From contig NC_043011.1 in the NCBI RefSeq assembly GCF_006345805.1, positions 62,012,464-62,076,463 on the forward strand: a stretch of 64,000 nt of DNA, written 5' to 3'. The translations under genes were made by a program, and so were the position numbers. Below are positions 12,786 through 25,993 of this stretch, in pieces. Origin of the DNA: Octopus sinensis (lineage: Eukaryota). The number at the start of each line of letters is the position of its first letter. The first letter of the stretch is position 1. The notes under the pieces are model-generated. The model saw nothing but the letters and a program-made list of their open reading frames with translations. It ran no database searches and had not been told where the DNA came from.

Positions 12786-13059
12786 GTAACCCTGAATACT
12801 TGAAAAAGCAGCCGTTCAGTTATAAAGTATCAAAAAATACTCTACACTTGTATTGAGTCCTCTAATTTATTGCTTCTGAGAAATGAATGTGTGTGTGTGT
12901 GTGTGTGCTCACCTCTGCATATATGTCTGTGTTTGTCACATGCTCCTCCATTGCTTGATGTCTGGTGTTAGTTTGTTTATGTCCCTGTAACTCCGCAGTT
13001 TGGTGAAAGGACGTGTTAGAGTAAATATTAATCTTTAAGAAATAAGTGCTAAGGGAGTG

Positions 13060-13510
13060 TGTGTGTGTGTGCTTGAGTGTGTGTTGTGCATGTATGTGTA
13101 TGCGTGAGTGTATGTGTGTGTATGGGAGTATGTGTGCTTGTGCATGTGTGTGTGTTTGTGTGTGAATGTGTCTGTTTGTGCACGTGATTATGTGTGTCTA
13201 TGTGCATGTGTCTGTGTGTGTGTGTGATTATTTGTGTGTATGTGTCTGTGAGAGAGTGTGTGTGTATGTGTGTATGTGTGTGTGTTTGTGTGTATCTTTG
13301 TGTGTGAATGTGTCTATGTTTGCACATGTGTGTGAATGTGCATGTGTCTGCATGAGAGAGAGAGAGTGTGTGTGACTGTGTGAGTATGTTTGTGTGTGTC
13401 TGTGTGTGTTTCTGAGTATGTTTGTGTGTGTATGTGTGTTTGTGTGTGTGTGTGTGACTGTGAGTATGTTTATGTTGTGTGTGTGTCTGTGTGAGTATGT
13501 TTATGTGTGT
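13060..13510. repeat. (TG)n-rich degenerate microsatellite
   Basis: Visible directly. Confidence 0.9.
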
Positions 13511-14060
13511 GTGCGTATGTTTTCTTGTCTTGGCATCATGTGATGGTCCTCAACAAGTGCTCCTATCACACAAGCATTGCCCTTTGTTTCTGGTCCTCCA
13601 TGAAAAGCATATCAGGACAACTTGTTGCAGATCCTGTATACTGGTGGCAATCTTGGAATTTTTTATACGATGCGGTGGCATCCCTCTCCACTGATTACAA
13701 TACTTTCAACACCAAAGTTTGGTACGTGACCTTCCGGGATTTTCTAGATGTATATCACTGCATTTCACTGCCACCATCATTTTAGGAAATAGAATCTCAA
13801 CATTTCGAACCTCTCCCAAAAGCTGACTTGTAACAGTGAGACAACCATCTTTGCATAACTTCACTGGAATGCTTCAAGTTCCGTCGTTAATATTGCACTG
13901 TGTGGTGGCCATAGTTGGGAGCGGTTTCCTGAGAAACAGAGTACATAGGCCTTCCAGGGGATCATCATGGTTTCCTATCTTCTTGTTTCTGGAAGTTCTA
14001 AGTTTCCATCCAACCAGCCGTCTTCATTTTATTTTTAATTTAGTGATACTGTTAGTAAAT

Positions 14061-14433
14061 GCAGTGAGCTGGCAGAAACGTTAGCACGCCGGGCGAAATG
14101 CTTAGCGGTATTTCATCTGCCAATACGTTCTGAATTCAAATTCCGCCGAGGTTGACTTTGCCTTTCATCCTTTTGGAGTCAATTAAATAAGTACCAGTTA
14201 CGCACTGGGGTTGATGTAATTGACTTAATCCCTTTGTCTGTCCATATTTGTCTCCTTTATGTTTAGCCCCTTGTGGGCAATAAAGAAATAAATTTAATAA
14301 TACTTAATTCATCGGCCCCGAAAGAATGAAAGGCAAAGTTGACCTGAGCAGAATTTGAACTCAGAACATAAAGACAGATGAAGTACCACTTAGCATTTCG
14401 CCCGGCGTGCTAAAGTGTCTGCCAGCCCGCAGC
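14061..14433. mobile_element. Inverted (tail-to-tail) pair of SINE A copies
   Basis: Plus copy 14061-14290 with type-2 tail and minus copy 14299-14433. Confidence 0.8.
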
Positions 14434-14439
14434 CTGAAT

Positions 14440-14624
14440 ACTGTTGATGATTGTGATAATAATGGTGGAGGTGATGGCGTTGATGATGATGATGATGATG
14501 ACGACGATGATGATGGTGATGATGATTATGATGATGATGATGATGATGATGACGATGACGATGACGGTGATGATGGACGAAGAGATTGTGACAGAAATAT
14601 GCTGACATTTTGAAGTGGTGGTGG

Positions 14625-14658
<34 letters not shown>

Positions 14659-14730
14659 AATATTGATGGTGATAGTGGTGGTGGTGATGACAAGGGCAAT
14701 GATGCTAATGATGATGACAGTGATAACTAA
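14440..14730. repeat. (GAT)n trinucleotide tract
   Basis: Visible directly. Confidence 0.9.
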
Positions 14731-14999
14731 ATGAATTCTTTTTGCTGACGAACATCCCCAGTAGGTGTCTCTGATTCTCATTTTGATGTTTTATTCTTCT
14801 TAAAAGCAGTTTTGCTTCTCTGACTGTTTTGTCATCACTGGACAGTGGTCAATATGTTTATAAAATGATGTCCCCCCCCCCCTACCCTACCCCCCCCCCT
14901 GCATTTCATGCACCAGCTATAACTATTGTTATTAATTGGTTTTCAGCCATTGTAAATGTAAAACTAATCATTAATTGATCTGGTGGTTTGTTTATACAC

Positions 15000-15014
15000 A
15001 AACATTCATACATG

Positions 15015-15068
<54 letters not shown>

Positions 15069-15150
15069 ATATTTACTTATTTATTTATTTATTTATTTAT
15101 GTTTTATATATATATGTATGAATGTCTGTATGTATTTTTATATACATGTA

Positions 15151-15189
<39 letters not shown>

Positions 15190-15205
15190 CATACATACAT
15201 ACATG

Positions 15206-15269
<64 letters not shown>

Positions 15270-15304
15270 CATACATACATGTATATATATATATATACAT
15301 ACAT

Positions 15305-15369
<65 letters not shown>

Positions 15370-15380
15370 TATATATATGT
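15000..15380. repeat. (TA)n/(TACA)n microsatellite
   Basis: Visible directly. Confidence 0.95.
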
Positions 15381-15612
15381 GTGTGTGCATGTACTTTTGC
15401 AAGTAATGACTCACTCCATTGCTATTGTCCGTTGCACAAATGTTTCACGAGGTGACAAAAGAATTCTTTCTTTTGTTCCCTGGTCGTGTGCATGCACATG
15501 CCAAACGTGGAGTGGAGTGAGTCGACTACAAATGATTCAATAAATCTTCTATATACACTAAGTTCACACATACACGCAAACACGTGTGTGTGTGTCTATA
15601 TATATACGCATA

Positions 15613-15653
<41 letters not shown>

Positions 15654-15823
15654 GATTAGAGGTTGTGTTGACCTCATGAAGGGATGGTTTCATCCAAAAG
15701 AATAATAGTGCAATACCTATATATATATATATATATATATATATCTATCTATCTATATATGTATTATATGTGTGTGTATGTGTGTGTGTGTATACATACA
15801 TATATATATAGCATGTTATCTCC

Positions 15824-16015
15824 TTTGTATGCCCACACCTTGAATACTGCTGCCTCTTGTGGTCCCCCCATACAAAACAAATTGTCTTGAATATTAAATC
15901 ACCCCAGAGGGCATGCACTAAAAGAAATTAAGGGCCTGACTGATCTCAATTACTGGGACCTTCTTAAAACCTTGAAACTCTCCTCTCACCAGCTCCGCTG
16001 GTAGTGGTACATCAT
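15824..16015 (+). pseudogene. CR1/L2-group LINE RT C-terminal fragment
   Basis: Translates, with one frameshift, to FVCPHLEYCCLLWSPHTKQ...QRACTKR/IKGLTDLNYWDLLKTLKL. This resembles the RPHLEY..WSP...QR..TK.I....Y.ERL..L motif of CR1-like RTs. Confidence 0.65.
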
Positions 16016-17714
16016 TTGGTACTCTTAATTCCTCCATGTTATAATTAGTTATGTTTAGTGTACCAATTCTACCATGTTACCCTTCATGGATGCAAACGTA
16101 CAGACATGGCGTCTGTTGTTTAAGAATCTCATTTCGAAGCATTTTCATTTCATTTCGTCGCCACTCCACGGTGCCTACTTTGGTTTTGTATTGTCCACCA
16201 TAGACGTAGACTGACCAACACCTTGATAGTAGAAGGAGGTCAACAGAAATGGTGCTGAAGCCCACTGTGTGCATGGATGTGTGGTTGAGATGGTTGCTTC
16301 CCAACAACGGAAACTTGGGTTCAAGCTGACCAAACCCTTGTGAGTATATCTGCTGGATGTATACAGAAGGAAGACCATTGTTGTACATGTACATGTGTGT
16401 GTGCATGCGTGTGTGTATGTGTGTGTCTCTGTGCATGTGTGTTTGTGTGCATGGTTGTGTGTTTGTGCATGTGTGCGTGTCTGTGTTTGTTTGTGTGTGA
16501 ACGCATGTGTGTATTTGTGTGCTTGTGCGTGGGTGTGTGTTTGTTCATGTGTATGTGTTCGCGTGTGTGTGTGCATTCGTGTGTGTGTGCTTATGCATGC
16601 ATGTGTGTGTGTTTGTTCGTGCATGTGTGCATGTGTTTGTGCATGTGTGCGTGGCTGTGTGTGTTAGTGTTTGTGCTGGTCTCTCACCACCGTTTGACAA
16701 CCAGTGTTAGTTTGTTTATGTCCCTGTAACTTATTGGTTCATCAAAAGAGAGCGAAAAGATAAGCACCAGGCATTGATAGATAATTTCCAGGGTCACTTT
16801 GTTTACCTGGACCCTTCAGTGAGCCTGTATGACATGTATGTATACATATATATATTTGTACCTACAGTTAGATAAATAGATAGATAAACTAGATAAACAT
16901 CACAGTCTTCCACACAGTTTCCTTCTACTAAATTCCCTTCCATGGCATTGATTGGGCTGAGGCTGCTATTTGTACCTCCCAACAACACAGCCACGCCTCT
17001 GCCTATGTTATTGTATATATAAAGAAAATGAAATAAAACAATAAAATTAATAACATTCTTGTTAAAATTCTTGTTAAAATTGCGCAGTATGTGAGGGGAG
17101 GGGGAGTGAAAGGGGGAGATAATCTTGTCCTCCGAAACGATGGAGGTGGTGGTGGGGGGGGGAGAACAGGAAGTGGGAGTGATAGTGTGAGGGATTGGTA
17201 CATTTGAAATTACTATGCAACATGTAGAGATATTCACTGAAGTATGTTTAAAGTAGCTGGGAGTTCCACCACCATCACCACCACCACCTCCACCACCACC
17301 ACGGTTGCTATCACTACTGCAGCCGCCACCACCAGTAATGCAGTCAAGGCTATCACCAACATAGTCATCATGATTGACCCAGGAAACAAAAAGAAAAACC
17401 AATCCCATTTGAAACTGGTGATTTCAGGAAACCATTTTGGTGGTGGTGGGGGAGGAAGGAATGACAAAAATATTAGGTCAAGTTTATAGTTGAGTTGTGC
17501 CCTTTCACAATGTTCCATTTCTCACTTCAGCTGATGTTGATTAAACCGTCACACACACAGGCACTCATATATATGCGTGCATACACACACACATATGCAT
17601 GAACACATACAGAGACACACACACATGAACATCCATACATATCCAGTTATAGATCTATTTACCCCCAGGTATGCATATATGTGTGTGTCTGTATGTGCAT
17701 GTATATGCATGCGT

Positions 17715-17935
17715 GGCCGATGCTAGTACCACCTGACTGGCCCTCGTGCTTGTGGCACATAAAAGGCACCCACTACACTCTCGGAGTGGTTGGCGTTAGG
17801 AAGGACATCCAGCTGTAGAAACATTGCCAGATCGGATTGGAGACTGGTGCAGCTTCCTGGCTTGCCAGCTCTCAGTCAAACTGTCCAACCCATGCCAGCA
17901 TGGAAAGTGGACGTTAAACGATGATGATGATGACA
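17715..17935 (+). mobile_element. RTE 3'-tail fragment
   Basis: GCACCCACTACACTCTCGGAGTGGTTGGCGTTAGGAAG...CCAACCCATGCCAGCATGGAAAG...(GAT)n. Confidence 0.8.
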
Positions 17936-17959
17936 CATTTATATATGTATATGTAGGCA

Positions 17960-18021
17960 TAGGAGTGTGAGTGGATTTGGGAGACAGAAACTGAAAGAAG
18001 CCCATCATATATATGTGTTTG

Positions 18022-18055
<34 letters not shown>

Positions 18056-18300
18056 TATATATATATGTATGTGTGTGTGAATATGTTAGTGTGTCTGTGT
18101 TTGTCCCCCCAACATCACGTGACAACCGATGTTGGTGGGTTTACGTCCCCGTAACTTAGCGGTTTGGCAAAAGAGACTGATAGAATAAGTATTAGACTTA
18201 CGAAGAATAAGTCCTGGGGTCGATTTGCTTGACTACAGGCGGTGCTCCAGCATGACCGCAGTCAAATGACTGAAACAAGTAAAAGAGTAAAGAGAGTAAA
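17960..18300 (+). mobile_element. SINE B (5'-truncated)
   Basis: Family B core and tail. Confidence 0.8.
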
Positions 18301-19734
18301 GAGTATATATATATCTCCTACATACACATGGATTACACTGGACTCTTCTGTTGATGAGAAATCGCTCCAATACGGCGTTTGAACCTTTTGAACTTTTCTG
18401 AACTTATTTTGTACTTTCTGCTTTTTCCTATTGTCGTTTCTCTCAATCTGCACATTAGCTACAAACCTTTTTATTTTCTCTCTCTACTCATTTCTGTATT
18501 CCTTTCTGTTGAAGAGCATAGGCTCGAAACATAAAAGACTTACTCACTTCACGAGCTTTAAACTAATACATCTGTTTGTTATTTACACAGCCATCTTCGT
18601 CTTTTGTTTTATTTTTTTGTAAATTCCAACTATATATACACACACATTTGTGTATCTGTGCTGTGTATATATTGCATATTTCTCTTTGTATATATATAAA
18701 TATCTATATCAAGGCTTTTGGTTTTTTTTTAATGATCTGCTGACAAATGTCACGTAAACATGAAAGGAGTCCAGACCCGTAACAGTTCAGGTGTGTGTTT
18801 GTGTGTGATATACTATGTTTATATGTGTGTGTGTGTGTTTGTGTGCATGTGTGTATGTGTGTGTATATGTTTGTGTGGCTGTATTTGTTTCCCCAACATT
18901 GCTTGGCAACCAATGCTGGTGTGTTTACGTCCCTGTAACTTAGTGGTTCAGCAAAAGAAACCTATAGAATAAGTACTAAGACACGTTATATTTCACAAGC
19001 AAAACACAATGCTTCGAGTGAACTACAATACTCTCATATATATATATATATATATATATCCTATATATATATATATATATAGGAGAGTATATATATACAT
19101 TTTTATTATTGTTTTGCAATTTACTTAATCATCGGTGGATTATTGTTATTTTATCTTTAATATTTCTATTAAATGTAATTTTGTAGATGGTGTAATATAA
19201 TTGTTCAGTTTGAATTGATAAACGGTGTTTTTTTCTAATTTGTATATATATATTATATTTTGTGAAATTTGATTTAGTATTTCTAAATTGAATTTTTCCC
19301 TGTAAGTTAGGAATAATATTCCCTCAAATAATTATTATTATATATATATATATAGTTTGTAAAAAACAAATCTGAAAGAAAAAGCACACTCTCAGATGTA
19401 GAGCAGAATATATTATATTAAAAATAGGGAGGCTCGCCCCCTATTTTTACGAGGTCTTGAGCCAACAAGTTTTGAAATCTGATGATACACCATAAAGGTA
19501 AACCCTTTATGGATGCGAAACTTAAGGTAATCCCATAAACTAGTGTCCCCATTTTTAATATACATATGTATATATATATATTTAATTTTATTAATTAGGG
19601 AATAAAAATTCCGGCATAACAGGGGTTCAAATTATTCTGACTGAGGAAATATATATTTTCATTTAGAGATTGTAGGCCCCTTTAAAAAATTAAAATATAG
19701 TTTTTAGTATCAAACTATGATAAGGTGATACAGG

Positions 19735-19829
19735 GGCCTGATGATTGGGGTTACATTTTAAGAAAGGTTCCGGCAAAACACGGCGTGGTTAAGGAACCGG
19801 GAAATGTACCCCATGAAACATGTGTAGCC
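19735..19829 (+). ncRNA. Type I hammerhead ribozyme-like motif with extended stem II
   Basis: GGC-CTGATGA-T-TGGGGT(T)ACATTT...AAATGTACCCCA-T-GAAA-C-ATGT-G-TA-GCC. Stem I is 3 bp and the closing pair of stem II is a U-U mismatch. Confidence 0.5.
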
Positions 19830-21589
19830 AAGTTATAAAGCAGTAAGTATTTAAATTAAAATTCTTTTTTATATGGTGAGATGAAGGGGCCTACTATCTC
19901 TAAATGAATATATATATATATATGTATATATATATACACACACCCACAAATACACTCACACACACATACATGTATACATACATGCATTCATATATATATA
20001 TATATACACACACACACTTGCATAATTTTGCTCCAATCAGTCACTTATTTTTCTGTGTTTCACCTGTTGAGGCACTCAGAGGTGAAACTCAGAGTAGCAG
20101 GAAACTGACCAGAGTTAAATAGAATATATCATTGACCTCTACACTGGTATTGAGTACACTTTTTCTGTTTGTTAATGCTAAACTATTATATATTGAGAAC
20201 AACATGGTAGTCAGACTGTTGGATGATATATATATATTTTTATTTTCATTTTTAGTGTGTTCTTCTGTTATCGGATTTATCAAAAGAAGTGGTTTAAGGT
20301 AAGTTTGCTTTGCCTTTTTATCTAAAATTGAAACTGATGATGTTTAACAGAGAGAGAGAGAGGGGGTGGTGGAGAGAAACAAATTAGAAAGGAAGGTGCA
20401 GAGGTGAGGAGAAGTGGGAAATAGTGAAGAGAGAGAAGAGAAAAGAAAGTTGGAGTTTGTTTTGAGGGTTTGTGAAGGAAGGGGAAAAAAAGAAAAAAAT
20501 ATTTGCGAGGAGGGGGTGAGGGGGTAAATGAGGCATGGCTTTTGTATCAGTGGGGTCAGACTTGTTTGATTAGAATTCAATATGTTGTTCTTTTTTTTTC
20601 CAATTAGTGGTCTTTTGATTGGGGGAGAAAAGGAATTTTTGTATACCAGTGGTCAAACTTCTTAAGTGGGAAACCAGAAAAGCTGTTTTTGGATTTTCTC
20701 CAGTAAGAATTATGATTACATTTCAAGGCCTTGTTTTGAATTCTTTTGTATTCATTAATATAAGGGAGGGGGGGGGAAGAATGGTTGCATGGATGTGGTC
20801 AGATTTTTTTTTTACTTAAAATTCCAGATGTTTTTGATTGAGCCTGTGTATGGCTATGTTTTTGAAAGAGTAATCTTTGAGTAAGTATAGTTACGATTTT
20901 TTAAAGACTACCTGAAAAATGTTTTAGTGTGGGAAATTGTTTCTCAATTACAAATTATCTCCACTGACCACTGACTGATCTATATCTTAATTTTTCTTTT
21001 TTCTTTATTCCCTTTATTCCCATCTTCGGGTAGGGGGTGGGGGGTTATTTTTTTTATTTTGTTATTTTTACTAATCTTCTCTCTCCTTTCTCTTTCATTT
21101 TTTTCTTTCTCTCCTCTTTTTTCTCTTTCTTTCATTCCTCTCTTCCTGTTTTCGATTTGACCTTACTAATACACTCCCTATTTCTAGGTCACTTTAAATA
21201 TAAACCTTTGACTCTGCAACACTGTATATAAATTCCCTACTGGGAATGACCAAATTTAAAAATCTGCTGGACCTCACTGATAAGGGATTCTTACATTGCT
21301 TATAAACTCTATATTTGGAAGGACTCATATTAAACTCTGTGGGACTTTTGGACTTTACTCAAAGGATATTGGAATATTGCATATATACCATTTTGCCTAT
21401 AAAACGGATTTACAAATTCAATACCCATACATATTGATTGATTGATTGATTCTAGTTTCAGCTCACGAGCTGTGGCCATGCTGGAGTACCGCCATGAACA
21501 CATATCTTGCATCTATTTTCTTTCCTCCACCTCACTCTCCATTTTGTATCACATCTAAACTAACTATGACTTGACTATCCTCTCACACC

Positions 21590-21644
21590 GTCTCCGATGA
21601 AGGGATATTATTATTAATTAATATCCTTGAAACAGCTGTAAGAC
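21590..21644 (+). ncRNA. Type I hammerhead-like motif (core variant CCGATGA)
   Basis: GTCT-CCGATGA-AGGGATATT/AATATCCTT-GAAA-CAGCTG-TA-AGAC, with palindromic stem III ACAGCTGT. Confidence 0.55.
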
Positions 21645-21915
21645 CATCTATCTATAAATGTTCTAATATCTATACAGCCTTGGTTTTTTTATCTTTTTAC
21701 GCAAAAAATTCTTATATATATATATTAGTCGCTATGATAGATCGTTAGCCACTACACACATTTTTTTTTCTCCATGTTTTTTCCGTGTCCCTTTCTGTAG
21801 AAGAGCATAGGCTCGAAACATAAAAGACTTTTTCTGTTCCTGAGCGTTATACTAATACATCTGTTTGTTTTGTACACCACCTGTCTTCGTCTTTTGTTTT
21901 TTTTCGTAAACTCTC

Positions 21916-21960
<45 letters not shown>

Positions 21961-22672
21961 GAGAGAGAGAAGATTTGATAATTTAAAGGCCTGAAAGGGA
22001 CAGGCTTGTGTTAGAGGCATGAAAGTCACATGGAGTGAAATCTAACTGTTTTAGATAATACATGGAACTCCTGAATGTGTTGAGTGCCCTTTTTTTATGC
22101 TTATACACTCTCTTGTGTGTATGTGTGTATATATCTATCTATATATATATATGTTTATATATATATACACACACACATGCATATATACATACATCTATAT
22201 ATATGCATATGTATATATATGTATACACACATTAAAATTTGTAGGAAACATTATTGAAGCTCTTTTATTCTCAGTTGTCAATTTGGTTAATTGCCAGTCA
22301 ATGACTACCAGCATAAGCTAAAACAAGGAAGAAAATAAAGAAAAAAAACAGAAATAAAAACAAAAATTATAAAATCTTACCCAACCATATCAATGTAAAC
22401 CTGCTGTAATTTATCATTTATAAATCTCTTTATTATTTCTGTGTAAATGAATCTATCGGCCCAAACTGTACTGAAGCATTAACACTCATCTTAAAATGCT
22501 CTCTGTAATTCAAACCAATTGGATTGACCTCATTTCTCTGTAAGCAGCAGAATGTGAGGAAGCTAGTTCTGGGTTAGGAATTTAGCAATGAGGGGATTGA
22601 AGATGATCTTGGGGAAATTTCAAACCTGGGTTCTCATTCCTAAGATTATTTTTTGATGTTATTATTATTATT

Positions 22673-25600
22673 TTTCCTTCTTTCTTCAAATTTTCCTCTG
22701 TTTCTTGCCGAGTGTTTTCCATACAGCTAGGGCAGAGAAGCTCATTGTATGCATTCCCAGATTACACATGCAAATTCACAGGTAAAATATGTATTTAAAA
22801 AATTAATAAATAAATAAATTCATGAATGGATGTTGTTTTCACAGCGATAATGCTCTTCTCAGTACATGAGCCGTTCTAGTTAATACAATTTTTTGCACTT
22901 CCTGTAGGGATGGTAAGCCTGGAATCATTTTCAAATAGGTTTCAGTACCTTTTTTTTTATCTTTCCTAGAGATCCTACAATCACTGGAACCGTTGGCCTT
23001 GAGATGCCACTTGTTTTTCAATTTCTATAAGCAGGTCTTTATATTTACTAATCTTGTCAAATTCTTTCGCCGCTATATTGTGATCGCAAGGGATACTTAT
23101 GTCAATTAATAAACACATTCTTTTTTGTGTGATCTTTTATAACAATATCTGGTTTATTAGCTTTTATAGTTTTGTCGGTATGTACAGGGAAGTCCCATAG
23201 AATCGACAGATTTTCTCCCTCAGTCACAGCTTCAGGTTGGTGTTTATACCATTTGTCAGCGGTTTTGATTTTATAATGCTGACATATTGTTCAGTGTAAA
23301 TACTGGTCGACTCTGTCATGTCTTGCTTTATATTCTACAGATGCTAAAACTCGACACCTGGAGATTAGGTGGTCTATAGTTTTAATCTCATCGTTAGAGA
23401 ATCGGCATTTTGGGTCAGCTCCATTTTTCATCACATTGGCTTGGTAGTTCTGGGTTAATAAGCTTTGGTCTTGAGCTGCTAATATGAAACTTCACTCTCC
23501 GCTTTTAGCCCTGGCTTCGTAACCATTGATGTGTGTGGTTCTGGTCGACATCAGCTTGTTTGCTACGGGCCACATACTAGCATGCAGAGGTTTCTGTTCC
23601 CACTGCTAGCTAATTTTCATGAGCTTGTCTTTGCAATTAATTTTATTTTCTTTGCAGCAGCAGTTGGCGCATTTCCTTCAGCCTGATCAATCTGGTGGGT
23701 ATCTAAGAGATCAGTAGTGAATTTTTTGCTCTCTTTCAGAATAGAGTGAGGTCTTTTCAATCTTTCATGTTTTTCAACAAGTTTTAGCATCCAATCGTTG
23801 GTTGCTTCAAGGTATTTGGCCAGTCCAATTGTGGTGGTTTTGTATGTAAGTTCAAGCTGGATCAAACCTCGACCTCCCTGAGCTCTGGGAAGGTAAAGAT
23901 GATCCATGTCTGCCTTTCGATGGTGTATCTTATTACAAGTCAGTAGCTTGCGGATTTTCCTGTCAATTTTCATTATTTCACTAGTATTCCAGTTAAGCAC
24001 ATTGAAGCTATAAAGGACAACTGGTACTGCTAAGGAATTTATATGCCTAAAACATTATTATATACATTCAGCTCAGACTTCAGGACTGCTCGGACCTTCT
24101 ATAACATTCCTTCCTAACCTTCTCTTTCATGCTTGCATGCTGGATACCAGAGCCTTCATTTATTCCTAGGTATTTATAGTTTGTTCCTGCTCAAGTTCCT
24201 TTATATACTATTCGACATCTAATTCAATTGAACTAGACTTTACCAATTTCCCTTTCTTAAAAGTGGCTTTGGCACACTTTTCAAGGCCAAACTCCATCCC
24301 GATATCATCACTGAATCCTTTCACAGTATGTAAGAATCCTTCAAGCTCTTCATCATCTTTGCCATATAGTTTTAAATCATCCATATAAAATAGATGGCTT
24401 ATTTTCCTGTTGTCAACTTTGTAGCCATATCCTGTTCTATTCAGTTCACTTGAGAGTGATATTAGTGCTACGCAGAATATTAGTGGTGAAAGTGAGTCAC
24501 CTTGGAAAATTCCACAGTTTATGCTAATGTTGTTTGAGTGCAATACTCCATTAGAATGATATAATTGGAGCTTCGTGTTCCATAGTGACATATTTGTACT
24601 TTAAAAAATCTGAAATCACAGGAGAAATTTTGAAAATGTCCAGCGATTTCAGAATCTACGAATGTGGTATGCTGTCAAAGGCTTTTTTATAATCAATCCA
24701 TGAAGAGCTGAGATTTCTGCGCTTGTTATGGCAGTCCTCAAGGATCATGCGATTAATTAGGAGCTGATCTTTGCATCCGTATGAGCCTCGTCTGCATCCT
24801 TTTTGTTCAGTGGGAAAGAGGTTATTCTCTTCCATAAACGTATATGTTTTCTCTACTAGAATAGATGTCAAAATTTTATTGGTAGTAGATAAACATGTTA
24901 TAGGCCGGTAGTTTTTTGGGTCTTTCATTTTGTTAATTTTGGGGAGGAGGTTATTAATACCATTTGCCATCCAATGTGGTGTTTTTTCCGGGTCTTTCAT
25001 AATACTATTAAATAGTATTACTAACATTTTGTGTGCGGACGAGAGTGATGAGAGCCAGAAATTTGGTACTCTATCAATACCAGGGGATTACTGCCCTCAT
25101 TAGGTCGGCGATTGAGATGTCTTCCCATACCTGTACTTGTAGATTTTTGTAATCATCTTGGGTGCGTTTGATCCTCTCTGCATTTTCATTGTATGGTTTC
25201 TCATCACTACCAGATCCCCTTCCAAAAGTTTTTCAACTTCTTCCATTAGGGGTGGATTTTCATGGTTATTTTTTCTTTCCCTATTTCCCCTGTAAAATGA
25301 TTGGCATTGGATTTGAACGTCTTATTTTGTTTGTAGAATTTGATTCTTTTCTCAAATCTGCGTATTCTCTGAGCTTTTGCCAGAACTTTTTGTTTAAGTG
25401 TTTATTTCGCTGACGTTAGTTCTTCTCTTGTTGAGTGTCCATATTTCTCACAATCTTCCTGCCTTTACTTGATCTTACGTCATTTCCAGAGATTTGCTCA
25501 GTTAATATTGATACCTCCCTTCACAATGATTCAATTTCAGTTTCAATTCTACCCCTCCAGTTTGATTTTCTTTTCGAATTTGGTATTGTTGGCTTTTTCG

Positions 25601-25993
25601 GTATTAAATAGCGTCTTTCGATTACCTTAGCGACAGAGTAAATAATTTCATTTAATTTATTAAGATCGGGTTTTAGTTGTTGTATGATTTCCTGTGTAAC
25701 GCAGTTGCCAATTTATATTTGTGTTTTATGTTGGTGTGCATTTGAGAGTTTATGGAGTATATATTACTTCTTTATGTTCTTCCTAGTTCCATTTAGTTCC
25801 TTTACATTTTTGATTTTCTGGTCGTTGTGGTGAGGAACTTTGGGGGCTTAATTTGGGACAAATCCCGTTTAAGGGACCTTTCAGGTTCGTATTCGGGGAA
25901 GATATTCTGCTATTTGAAAATTTTTCACCATCAGGCTGACAGTTTCCTGACGGGTGCGCTTCCTGAGTAACCATTGGACAAGCGATTCGGTGT
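22673..25993 (-). mobile_element. R4/Dong-clade non-LTR retrotransposon with restriction-like endonuclease, degraded
   Basis: Minus-strand translation gives N-terminal KWN*EEHKEVIY and RT motifs YRPITCL, DYKKAFDSIPH, GIFQGDSLSPL and HLFYMDDLKLY. It then gives AAQDQ, a zinc-knuckle remnant (CRFS...IDHLISRC...RHD) and an RLE (ANKPDIV...LIDISIP...SKYKDL). Stop at 22839; the 3' UTR ends in (TAA)n at about 22659-22672. Confidence 0.88.

Noticed and set aside
13520-14040. Coding-like unique stretch, possibly a decayed LINE
   Set aside because: No diagnostic motif could be recognised in any frame. BLASTx is needed.
14983-15543. Long Ile/Tyr, His/Thr, Cys/Val, poly-Asp, poly-Val and LSIY ORFs here and throughout the ORF track
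   Set aside because: They are translations of (TA)n, (CA)n, (TG)n, (GAT)n, (GTG)n and (CTAT)n microsatellites, with no domain signal.
20600-20760. Minus-strand RIQNKALKC... as a LINE RT C-terminal remnant
   Set aside because: The resemblance is too short and degenerate to support a call.
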